Positions 16,473-24,757 are shown, numbered from the stretch's first letter. The stretch is 64,000 bases of DNA from Actinomycetota bacterium (GCA_003132585.1 PKYG01000095.1:21931-85930), one strand, 5' to 3'. Translations and numbers: made by a program. The notes: generated from the sequence alone by a model not told the origin.

Positions 16473-17714
16473 ATGGTCGGTACAACCATGTCGAAGACAC
16501 TCTCGCCGCGATCGATCATCATCGTTCTGGCGTGTGCCGGCATGCTCATGGCCGCGGCCGGGCCCGCCGTGGCGGCAACGGAACATCCATACAATCTCGG
16601 CTGCAAAGCGCTCGCCGCGGGAGACGTGGCGAAAGCGAAGGTCCTCTTCGCGGAGGCTATCAAGCTCGACCCGACCGACACGGACGCCCTCAACAACCTT
16701 GCCGTCTGCTACATGATGACGAACGACTACGGCAAGGCGCTGCCGCTCCTGCAGAAGGTCCTGCGTCTCAACAAGCGATACCGGGGGGCCGACCTCAACC
16801 TCGGGGCCGCCTACATGTTCCAGGCCAGCCCGTCCGATGCGGCGGCGGCGGCGGCGCGGGCGAGCGCCGCCGGTTCGAATGCGGTCGGCAAGCGCGTCAA
16901 GGCGGCCGCCTATCTCAACCTCGGGCTGGTCGCCGCCCAGCAAGGTCGCCTGGACGATGCGAAGACGGCCTTCCTGCAATCGGCGGCGACCGCGCCCAGT
17001 GCGCAGGCCGAGATCGCCCTCGCCTGCGCGTACTGTGCTCTCGGGGACTTCGGGCAAGGCTTCCCGATTTTCGAGAAGCTGGCACAGCCCGGGGCCAACG
17101 CCAAGATCGCCCAGTTGGCAAGCAGCGACCTGGCCGTCGCCTACTTCCAGCGCGGGATGGCGAGGCTGGAGAGACGGGACCTCGACGCCGCCAGGAGCGA
17201 CTTCGTCCAGTCGACCGAGATCGCGGCGAACGACTACGCCAAGTTGGGTCTGGCGCTGATCGACGCCGAGCGAGGGAACCTTCGCGCCGCCGCCACCGCG
17301 CTCGCCGAGATCAGGGACTCGGACGCCTCGCCGCAACTGCGGAGCGCGGCAGTCGAGAACCTCAAACGCTTGAAGGCGATGGCCGAGGGCGACAGCCGGT
17401 GGCTCAAATTACTGATCCTTGTCGGCGGCGGGGTCCTCTTCGCCTGGCAGTACTACTCACTCATGCACGCCGTCCGCGCGCGGCCCCATCGCGGAACGCT
17501 CGGCGCGTTGCAGGTCGTGCTCGGCAGCGTAGTCGGCATCGGGGTCGGCGTCTTCCTTGCCTTGGCCTACGTCGACCCGTTCCGCAGTCCGCTCTGGGTC
17601 TTGCCGGTGGCTGCCGTCGACGCCGTCGTGGTCGTGTTGATGTGGCTTGGCGCGACCGCGAGTTCCCGGGTCGGGCGCCGCGAGTCGCCGACCGAGGTCA
17701 GCGCAGCGAGGTAA
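16473..17714 (+). CDS. Tetratricopeptide-repeat protein with an N-terminal signal peptide and C-terminal TM helices
   Basis: TPR-like repeats (ALNNLAVCYMMTNDYGKALPLLQKVL, AAYLNLGLVAAQQGRLDDAKTAF). C-terminal hydrophobic helices. The start may be ATG 16488 (MSKTL). Confidence 0.65.
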   Translation: MVGTTMSKTLSPRSIIIVLACAGMLMAAAGPAVAATEHPYNLGCKALAAGDVAKAKVLFAEAIKLDPTDTDALNNLAVCYMMTNDYGKALPLLQKVLRLNKRYRGADLNLGAAYMFQASPSDAAAAAARASAAGSNAVGKRVKAAAYLNLGLVAAQQGRLDDAKTAFLQSAATAPSAQAEIALACAYCALGDFGQGFPIFEKLAQPGANAKIAQLASSDLAVAYFQRGMARLERRDLDAARSDFVQSTEIAANDYAKLGLALIDAERGNLRAAATALAEIRDSDASPQLRSAAVENLKRLKAMAEGDSRWLKLLILVGGGVLFAWQYYSLMHAVRARPHRGTLGALQVVLGSVVGIGVGVFLALAYVDPFRSPLWVLPVAAVDAVVVVLMWLGATASSRVGRRESPTEVSAAR

Positions 17715-17738
17715 CGCGCAGGCTCACGCCTGCGCAGG

Positions 17739-18554
17739 CTATCGGGTCACCAAGCCGACGACGATGAGGATGATGACCCACGCCGCCCCGACGCCGACCG
17801 CAACCGCGAACGTCTTGGGGTGGCGAGGAAGCCGCAGCAGCTTCGCGGATGTCGCCGGCGTGTACGCCGCCTCCCCCCCGATCTGGCCAGACGAGACTGC
17901 GACAGCCGCGGCGGGGGTGGCAGGCACGGCCATCTGCTGAGGCTTGGGCGCAGCGGGCTTGGGTGGTGGAGAAGGTTTGGGCGCAGGCGTGCGCGCCGGC
18001 GCCGGCGCAGCCGACTGCGTGTCGACGGGGGGCGCTGTCGGACTTGTGTGCGCGGGGGGCGGGGCCGGAGGTGTGTCCGCTGGCTCCGCCGGTCTCTGCG
18101 TCCGATCGTCTGTCCGCCCCTCCTCGGGCAGCGGCGGCGCCTCGGTCGTCGTCGGCTCGAGCAGGACCGCGATCGCCTCGCAGAGCCGAGCGAGATGGCG
18201 CTCGAGGGGCAGCGTCAGGGCATCGAGCCAGTGCTGGCCGGCGAGGTAGTACTCGAGCCAGTCACTGGGCACTACATCCTCGACACGCAGCGGCAGGATC
18301 GGCAGCGCGCACGAGACGGCCCGGTCGACCTCGCGCTGGACCTGGACGGAGGCGTTCGAGGCCGCCGAGAAGACAAGGACGAAGACGCGCGCCGAGTGGA
18401 TGGCTTCGATGATCATCTGCGCGAAGTTGTGGCCCGGCAGGACGTCGCGAGGAGCGATCCAGCAACGGATGTGCTGGCGTTCGAGCGCTGCGCAGACTGC
18501 GTCGCCGATCGCCTTGTTGTCCGACGCGTAGCTGATGAACACATCGTGCGCCAA
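17739..18554 (-). CDS. TIR-domain protein with a Pro-rich linker and a C-terminal TM anchor
   Basis: TIR_2-like N-terminus DVFISYASDNKAIGDAVCAALERQHIRCWIAPRDVLPGHNF...VFVLVFSAASNASVQVQREVDRAV. C-terminal FAVAVGVGAAWVIILIVVGLV. Confidence 0.7.
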   Translation of the reverse strand: MAHDVFISYASDNKAIGDAVCAALERQHIRCWIAPRDVLPGHNFAQMIIEAIHSARVFVLVFSAASNASVQVQREVDRAVSCALPILPLRVEDVVPSDWLEYYLAGQHWLDALTLPLERHLARLCEAIAVLLEPTTTEAPPLPEEGRTDDRTQRPAEPADTPPAPPPAHTSPTAPPVDTQSAAPAPARTPAPKPSPPPKPAAPKPQQMAVPATPAAAVAVSSGQIGGEAAYTPATSAKLLRLPRHPKTFAVAVGVGAAWVIILIVVGLVTR

Positions 18555-18635
18555 GCCATGCCCCCTCGAAGAACCGATGCACGCCTGCAGCCGGTGGGCT
18601 GAGAGCTTAACGCATCCTACACCCCGTGGCGGAGA

Positions 18636-18664
18636 GTGACCTGCACCCCTGAAATCGGTCCACC
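18636..18664. repeat. 29-bp motif GTGACCTGCACCCCTGAAATCGGTCCACC, also at 61402-61430 with a partial copy at 61378-61399
   Basis: Seen directly. Both sit in the 5' regions of minus-strand genes (TIR gene; GH2 gene). Confidence 0.5.
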
Positions 18665-18753
18665 TTCAATGTAAGGTTTCGCGACCGACCAAGGAAGGAA
18701 GGCTGGCCACAGCCACGCCGAGGTTGCTCGCCCTCCACCACCACCTGGCGCCG

Positions 18754-19974
18754 CTAGATCTGCCAGGCGTCCGCGATGAGAACCGGCACCTCGTCGCCAG
18801 CGGCGGTGACGCCGAACACGCTCACTTTGGGGCCGCCGAGCATCATGTCCTGATGGATCCGCGACGCGTTGACGCCGCGGGCGATGCGCGCCTCGTCGTC
18901 GTCGGGCAGGCCGTCGGGGAAGGGTTCGGCGTAGCCGTTGCCCCAGGCGACATGACAGGCGGCATTCTCATCGACAAGGAGGTCTTTGAACACCCGGCCG
19001 AGCTGCCCCACCCGCGAGGAGCCGTCGACGAGTGCGACCTCGCCGAGGAAACGGGCCTGAGCGTCCTGGTCAAGCTGCGCGATCACGGCGTCGAGGTTGC
19101 CGCTCGCCTGGACGTCGACAACGCGGCCGCCCTCGAATCGCAGCACGAGGTCGGTGACCATCGCGCCGTGGACCTCGGTCGGACGGGTCGCCACGGCGGT
19201 GCCCTCCACGCCGCGAAAATCCGGTGTCGTGAACAACTCCTCGGTCGGCAGGTTGACCAGGAAGTGGTGACCCCATGGCGTGACGAACTCCGCCGGCATC
19301 CAGACGGCGTCGGCGTGCAGCGGCACGTGCAGGTCGGTGCCGGCGCCGCGGAATGTGACGGCGCTGAAGCTCGCTTCGTTGAGGCGCGCCGCCTGCGCCG
19401 TCAGCTCATCGCGACGCGCCTGCCAGGCGACCACTGGGTCGGGATCGTCGAGGCGCAGCATGAAACGCAGGTCGGCCCACAGGCGCGCCTCGTCGGGCTC
19501 GCCGTAGACGCGCTGCGCCCAGCCCGCGCTGGGGCAGACGCAGATGTTCCAGGCGCGACGCGCGTTGGAGTGCCGTCGAAGCTCGGCCGAGATGGCGGTG
19601 CGCAGGGCGCTGACGCGGCCGGCCGGCGCGCCGGCGAAGGGGTCGTCTTCGGTGTCGCCGACCGTGTCGATGGACGCCCAGCGTTCCTCGATCGCCACGT
19701 CGACGGCGTGCGCCAGCCACGGTGCGACTTCGCAGGCGAGCTCGTCGCTGGGGGCGTGTGTCGCCTGCGCCCGTTCGACGCGGTCGTCGTGGTAGAGGGT
19801 GTGCACGACGGCTGCGCCATGCGAGTACGCCCGCTCGGCCAGGGCGGCGATCAGATCGCTGTGGTCGACGGAGCCCATGATTAGCAGCTTCTGCTCGGGC
19901 TCGAGGTTGACGCCGCAGCGTAGCACCACGTCGGCGTATGCGTTCAACTCGTCGCGATCGATCGTCGTGCTCAT
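18754..19974 (-). CDS. Aminopeptidase, M29 (AmpS/PepS) family
   Basis: 406 aa with M29-like conserved blocks. GGGGAGGGG SD 7 nt upstream of the ATG. Confidence 0.8.
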   Translation of the reverse strand: MSTTIDRDELNAYADVVLRCGVNLEPEQKLLIMGSVDHSDLIAALAERAYSHGAAVVHTLYHDDRVERAQATHAPSDELACEVAPWLAHAVDVAIEERWASIDTVGDTEDDPFAGAPAGRVSALRTAISAELRRHSNARRAWNICVCPSAGWAQRVYGEPDEARLWADLRFMLRLDDPDPVVAWQARRDELTAQAARLNEASFSAVTFRGAGTDLHVPLHADAVWMPAEFVTPWGHHFLVNLPTEELFTTPDFRGVEGTAVATRPTEVHGAMVTDLVLRFEGGRVVDVQASGNLDAVIAQLDQDAQARFLGEVALVDGSSRVGQLGRVFKDLLVDENAACHVAWGNGYAEPFPDGLPDDDEARIARGVNASRIHQDMMLGGPKVSVFGVTAAGDEVPVLIADAWQI

Positions 19975-20210
19975 TGTCTTGCCCCTCCCCGGATGGCCGC
20001 CGACACCATCCTATACGCGGTGAACGGACGGCGGGCGGGAATGCGGGCACTGACTGACCCGGAACGCTCTGGCCTTAGCCTGCCGGCTCGAGCAGACGGA
20101 CGGAGGCGTGGACCTCGGCTTTCACCGCGCTCACCGCCGGCGCCGGCTACACCGCCGCGCCGCGGTCCCCAAAGGCTTGACCTGCCTTCTACACGGAGAT
20201 ATAAGGTCGT

Positions 20211-20235
20211 CGTACGAGACTCCTGATAGGTGCAG
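20211..20235. repeat. 25-nt conserved motif CGTACGAGACTC[C/G]TGATAGGTGCAG about 40 nt upstream of both TolB-like paralogs (second copy 51304-51328; partial third copy 5598-5613)
   Basis: Seen directly. The TATAAG/TATGAT -10-like hexamers just upstream are also conserved. Confidence 0.5.
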
Positions 20236-20273
20236 CCTTCTCGGGAGCTACGGGGCGAAAAAGGGGGCCGATC

Positions 20274-21320
20274 ATGAAGCCACTGTGGGGATCCAGATCG
20301 CTTGCATCCGTCGGGCTCACGCTGGCGCTGCTTGTCGTCGGTGCGACCGCGATGGCCGCCGCCTGCGGCGGTACGAGCACCACGGCATCGAACACGCCGA
20401 GCGCGACGACCTCGACGTCGGCAGAGCCGTCTCAGAGCGCGACTCCTCTGCCGTCGCCGACCGTCGCCGGCGTGATCGCCTTTGAGAAAGTGGTGGAGAC
20501 GGGGGAGAACTTCGAGGGTGAGAACTCCGTCACCAAGAGCAACATCTGCGTCGTCAACGCCGATGGCACGAGTCTGAAGACGCTTGCCCAAGCTCCCACC
20601 CGCGAGAGCCAGCCCACCTGGTCCCCGGATGGGGGCAGGATCGTCTATGTTGTCTACGGCGTGGGAATGGACAATCTGAATTACGCGGCGCTGTGGGTCA
20701 TGAGCGGGGACGGCTCCGGCAAGCGACAGCTCACGAAGGGGTCGGTGAGAGGCATCGATCCTGCGTGGTCGCTTGACGGCAAGCAGATCGCCTTCAGCGG
20801 CACCGGGCTCCCGGGGGAGGGGAAGACGCACTTCTCGATCTACGTGATGAACGCGGACGGCAGCGGTCTCAGGAGTGTGAGGCGCCTGGCCGGTGGAAAG
20901 ACGCCACAGGAGTACCAGCCCGCCTGGGCGCCGGATGGCAGGATCCTCTTCTTGCGGCTCGGCGACGTGTGGTCCGTCAAGCTAGACGGGAGCGGCCTCG
21001 CCCAACTGACGAAAGCCGGGAACGTCGCCCGGTTTGCGCTCTCGCCGGACGGCAAGAGCATCGCTCTCCAAACCAGCGAGACCGTCGGGGTTGCCGCGAC
21101 CCGCGGGAGCGGCGCCCCAGTGACGCTCATCGAACCGGTCTCTGACTTCATGGTCGACCCCAACGCCGCTGCGGCGTGGACGTCGGACGGGAAGGCGCTG
21201 GCAATGGCGAGTGGCGGCCCTATGGGCTCCCGCCTCTACGTGGTCAACGCGGACGGCTCCAGACTCTCGGCGGTCCCTGGCGTCGACACTGCGGCGTACC
21301 CGGCTTGGCGGCCAAAGTAG
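20274..21320 (+). CDS. TolB-like beta-propeller lipoprotein (PD40/WD40-like repeats), paralog 1
   Basis: Lipoprotein signal LLVVGATAMAAAC. Repeated SPDG..I.F/...MNADGSG.. blocks. 55-60% identical to the 51371-52402 gene. Confidence 0.75.
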   Translation: MKPLWGSRSLASVGLTLALLVVGATAMAAACGGTSTTASNTPSATTSTSAEPSQSATPLPSPTVAGVIAFEKVVETGENFEGENSVTKSNICVVNADGTSLKTLAQAPTRESQPTWSPDGGRIVYVVYGVGMDNLNYAALWVMSGDGSGKRQLTKGSVRGIDPAWSLDGKQIAFSGTGLPGEGKTHFSIYVMNADGSGLRSVRRLAGGKTPQEYQPAWAPDGRILFLRLGDVWSVKLDGSGLAQLTKAGNVARFALSPDGKSIALQTSETVGVAATRGSGAPVTLIEPVSDFMVDPNAAAAWTSDGKALAMASGGPMGSRLYVVNADGSRLSAVPGVDTAAYPAWRPK

Positions 21321-21340
21321 AGCCTCAGCTCAGCTAGTCG

Positions 21341-21499
21341 GTCCCCAATTCGCCGTCCCACCCCGGTGGTACACTCCAATCATCACTTGTCGCCACACAT
21401 GGCGGCACGCGGGATTTGAAGAGCAGCTTGCAGCCGCGTCACCAACTGCTAAAGCGCCACGGGTTCGCCCGTGGCACCATTCTCTGAAAGGAGAGCGCC
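21341..21499 (+). repeat. Conserved about 155-bp leader element, copy 1 (about 96% identical to 25181-25337), containing the hairpin GCCACGGG-TTCG-CCCGTGGC and an SD
   Basis: Direct nucleotide comparison of the two copies. The hairpin differs by a compensatory C to U (G-U wobble) in copy 2. Confidence 0.6.
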
Positions 21500-21664
21500 A
21501 TGGGTAAGAAGCCACTCTTCCTGATCTCCACCGAGGGCATGACGTTGGAGGAAGCGCAGTCGGCGCTGCGGGCGGCGCTACGCAGCCTGCTGCCGCAGGA
21601 ACCCGCGGAGGGGTCGTCCCTGGAGGAGTCCCCTGCGGAGGAGCCGGACGAAGGCGAGGGATAG
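21500..21664 (+). CDS. Small acidic-tailed protein (54 aa), paralog A1 of 25510-25659. Below the ORF-track length cutoff.
   Basis: MGKKPLFLISTEGMTLEEAQSALRAALRSLLPQEPAEGSS... GAAAGGAGAG SD. The N-terminal 30 aa are conserved between the paralogs. Confidence 0.4.
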   Translation: MGKKPLFLISTEGMTLEEAQSALRAALRSLLPQEPAEGSSLEESPAEEPDEGEG

Positions 21665-21841
21665 TTCCCGGAGGGGCGTCGGCGGTCGGCAAGAAGCTCA
21701 AGATCGAGCTGGACTAGCAGCCGGCCCCTTGACTGTATGTCAAATGTGACATACGCTTCCACCCGTGGGGAGACCTCCCGACAAACCGCTCGTCTGACTG
21801 CGCGGCTACGATGCGCTCGCAAGCGAGAAGGAGTGACCAGC

Positions 21842-22159
21842 ATGGAGAAAGCCAAGAAGGATCGCCTCAAGTCGGCCGGCTGGCGCGTGGGTGACGCGAC
21901 CGAGTTCCTCGAGCTGAGCGCCGAGGAGGCCGCCTTCGTCGAACTGAAGCTGGCGCTCGCCGACTACCTGCGCGAGATCCGCGTACGCAACGAATGGACT
22001 CAGTCCCAGGTGGCTCGCCGACTGGGATCGAGCCAGTCACGAGTCGCGAAGATGGAGGCGGCAGACGCCTCGGTGTCGCTCGATCTCATGGTGAAGTCGC
22101 TGCTCATTCTGGGTGTGTCTCGCAGCGAGGTCGGACGCGTGATCGCCAAGGCGGCGTAG
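21842..22159 (+). CDS. XRE-family HTH transcriptional regulator (antitoxin-like, 105 aa)
   Basis: HTH NEWTQSQVARRLGSSQSRVAKME. AAGGAG SD. The ORF track extends to 21737, but ATG 21842 has the SD. Confidence 0.7.
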   Translation: MEKAKKDRLKSAGWRVGDATEFLELSAEEAAFVELKLALADYLREIRVRNEWTQSQVARRLGSSQSRVAKMEAADASVSLDLMVKSLLILGVSRSEVGRVIAKAA

Positions 22160-22175
22160 CCTCAAGACTGAAGTG

Positions 22176-23585
22176 CTACGCTGGTGCGCCCGGATCCGCG
22201 CTGTCCGTGTGCACCCACACCGTGTGCTTGGCCGCCATCGCGCTCGCCAGTCTGCGCAGGTCGTCAGGCCAGGCGTGGCCGCCGCTGTGGATGAAGTGCG
22301 GTTCGAGACCATGGCGCTTGGCCCATGTGCGCGTCGCGCACCGCTCGCGCGACCAGTACCCGCTCCACATCGACCAGACGAGATCGACCTTCTCCGGCCC
22401 GACCTTGTCGAACACCTTGGTCACGCCGAAGCTGCCGCGACAGCACATGAGATAGCGTCCGGGGTCGGCGGCGAGCTCGTCGCTGGATACCTTGCCCGCG
22501 TCACGCATCTCGATGACGAGGTCCATCTTGCCGGCCTGCTTGAGCAGCTCGACCTGATGAGGCGCGAACAGCACGCGGACCCCGTCCCACGTGAACTGAG
22601 GGATGTTCTTCGACAGAGGCGCCAGCTTCATGAGCACATATGCCTGGTAGGGGTCGATGACGAGCAGGCGATTGCTTCGCTTCGCCGCGCGATAACACGA
22701 GACGAGGCGGTCGACGTTCTGGCCCGACGCCACAACCGCGACGAGCTTCCCCTCCGCGGCGACGAGCTTCCCCTCCGCGGCGAGCTTCGCGCCCTCCGAT
22801 CGCGCCAGCTCGACCAGCTTCTCCTCGACGTCCGCCTCACGACCCAGCCCATGCGTCTCGCCGGATGAGCCCAGCGTCGTGCCCTCGATCAGGAGCCAGT
22901 CGACCCCGCGCAGGCGCTCGTCACTGAGCATGTTCGCGAAGCGGAACCCCGTGCGCCCGTGAGCGCGCAGGTCCCCCGTGTAGAGCAGGCGCTGCCCATC
23001 GGCTTCGATGAGCAGCGCGCGCGAATCCGGCGCCGCGTGGTCGACCGGGATCGCGGTCACCGAGAGGCCCCCGAACCGCAGCGTCTCATCCAACGGCAAC
23101 CGCCGCAGGTCTGCCGGCAGCGCGGAGGCGGGGAAGAACACGCGTCCCACCTCGAGCACCGCGATCGTCCCCTCGCTCCCGTACACCGGGATCGCCGGAT
23201 GCGCATGGTGGGCGAGGCCGTAGTGGTCGAGATGCGAGTGCGTGAGGATGATCGCCGCGACAGCGGGCGCAGTGGGGTCGTGTGGGAACACGCCGGGTAT
23301 GTCGCGCAGGACTCCCTCGGCGATCAGGTCTGCCGTCGGCCGTTGCGGGGTGTCCCACGGGAAGTCACCGCCGCCCGGCGCGGTGAGCGGCATGCCGAGA
23401 TCGAGGAGGATGCGTGTGCCGTCGTCGGCATCGACCTCGATGCACATGCCACCGATCTCATGCTGGCCGCGGTGAATGATGTAGTGCGTGGTGAGCGCCC
23501 CTTGGTGGTTGATGTCAGACCCCAGAAACAGAGTAGCACGGGGGTCTGACGGAGACGGGACGCCGCGGTGCCTGCCCCGGGGCAC
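22176..23585 (-). CDS. MBL-fold metallo-hydrolase, beta-CASP-like (RNA/DNA-processing type)
   Basis: HxHxDH motif THSHLDHYG. Further His/Asp motifs (VDHAAPDS, C-terminal HSGGHAWPDD). In-frame 21-nt tandem duplication (GKLVAAEGKLVA). Start codon uncertain. Confidence 0.7.
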   Translation of the reverse strand: MPRGRHRGVPSPSDPRATLFLGSDINHQGALTTHYIIHRGQHEIGGMCIEVDADDGTRILLDLGMPLTAPGGGDFPWDTPQRPTADLIAEGVLRDIPGVFPHDPTAPAVAAIILTHSHLDHYGLAHHAHPAIPVYGSEGTIAVLEVGRVFFPASALPADLRRLPLDETLRFGGLSVTAIPVDHAAPDSRALLIEADGQRLLYTGDLRAHGRTGFRFANMLSDERLRGVDWLLIEGTTLGSSGETHGLGREADVEEKLVELARSEGAKLAAEGKLVAAEGKLVAVVASGQNVDRLVSCYRAAKRSNRLLVIDPYQAYVLMKLAPLSKNIPQFTWDGVRVLFAPHQVELLKQAGKMDLVIEMRDAGKVSSDELAADPGRYLMCCRGSFGVTKVFDKVGPEKVDLVWSMWSGYWSRERCATRTWAKRHGLEPHFIHSGGHAWPDDLRRLASAMAAKHTVWVHTDSADPGAPA

Positions 23586-23588
23586 AAC

Positions 23589-24635
23589 TCAGGGTAGCTT
23601 CGCGATGAACTCGTCGAGCGGGATGACCTTGTCTGCAAACAGCGCGTAGCCGGCAAACGAGACCGTCGCGACGCTGTAGTCGGCATGTTCACGGAGAGGC
23701 AGCTCCCGCTTCGCGAGTTCCTCGAGTTCGTTCTTCAAGCGCTTCGAAGACGGCTGGTGGTTCGCGAGAACGAAGAGCACCTCCGGTCGCTCACTCACGT
23801 CGTCCTTGGTAATCGTCACGCGCTCCGTCATCCTCTTGGGCAGAGACGGGAGTTTCAGACGTTTCTTGGTCTCGAACATCGCCGCAAGCTCCTGGCGCAG
23901 GAGGTCGAACGGCTTCGAGATCTTCTCACCGGGTTCGGGCGTGAGGAAACGCTCGAAATCGAGCACATGCTTCACCAATCCCGGCGATAGGTCGTCGGGC
24001 TTCTCGCCTTTGCGGCTTGAGGTGATGGCGCCGTCTCCCGCCTTCATCTCCATGATGACCGGGGTCACCTTGCTGTTCGCCCTGCTTCCGCCTGCGACGG
24101 GCCAACGAAACCCGACCATGTCGAAGCGGTAGCCAGTCTCGGTTCTCTGCCCGGGAATGGCATATGCGGACTGAACGTATTCCACGTCGATGACAACGTA
24201 GTCGAAGAGTTCGCCGGTGGAATGGCGATTGTTGTCTCGGACGACTGCCTGCTGGTACTCCTTCTCGATCTTGGTGTTCTCGGAGAACCGGATGTCCATC
24301 GCCTGCTTGATGGCGGCAAAGGCATCGACCCACTCCTGAGCGTTCGCTTCACGCTCAATGGACCCTCTGGGTAGCGACGGCGGCTCGGGGCGGTATCCTT
24401 TAGCGCCGTCGAAGTAGTGCTTGTCGAACTCGGCTGAGAACTTCGTGGCTTCGGCGTTGGATTTGATGCCCAGGAGCCGGCCGCCGCGGTAGTAGAGGTC
24501 TACGTAGCCGTTACGGATTTCCAGGCTGAGCGTGTCGTCATGCCGCACTCGATCGAGGAACGGCAAAAGAACTCCCGACTTGAGCTGTTCCACGAAGACG
24601 TCTGAGATTTCACGCTTAGGACTCTTGTCGACCAT
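23589..24635 (-). CDS. Hypothetical protein (349 aa) with a putative PD-(D/E)xK nuclease-like core. First gene of a two-gene operon with the MBL hydrolase (4-nt gap).
   Basis: Candidate motif ...YRFDMVGFRW...VTPVIMEMKAG (D...ExK). GGGGGGA SD. GC about 58% against about 69% in flanking DNA. Confidence 0.55.
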   Translation of the reverse strand: MVDKSPKREISDVFVEQLKSGVLLPFLDRVRHDDTLSLEIRNGYVDLYYRGGRLLGIKSNAEATKFSAEFDKHYFDGAKGYRPEPPSLPRGSIEREANAQEWVDAFAAIKQAMDIRFSENTKIEKEYQQAVVRDNNRHSTGELFDYVVIDVEYVQSAYAIPGQRTETGYRFDMVGFRWPVAGGSRANSKVTPVIMEMKAGDGAITSSRKGEKPDDLSPGLVKHVLDFERFLTPEPGEKISKPFDLLRQELAAMFETKKRLKLPSLPKRMTERVTITKDDVSERPEVLFVLANHQPSSKRLKNELEELAKRELPLREHADYSVATVSFAGYALFADKVIPLDEFIAKLP

Positions 24636-24757
24636 GTCATCCCCCCATCTCGATATGGTTTGGAGTATATGCGGGTATGGCCTTGCGGGCTGAAGGAGCG
24701 CAGTTCGTGGTCGCGGGGTTCGCACAACTTCAACGCGTGAGACAAGGAGCGTAACGG

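Noticed and set aside
17820-18602. 260-aa plus-strand ORF overlapping the TIR gene, and the 18724-19884 ORF antisense to the aminopeptidase
   Set aside because: Arg-rich antisense translations. The opposite strands encode recognisable TIR and M29 proteins.
22173-22868. 231-aa ORF antisense to the MBL hydrolase
   Set aside because: Antisense frame. No motifs.
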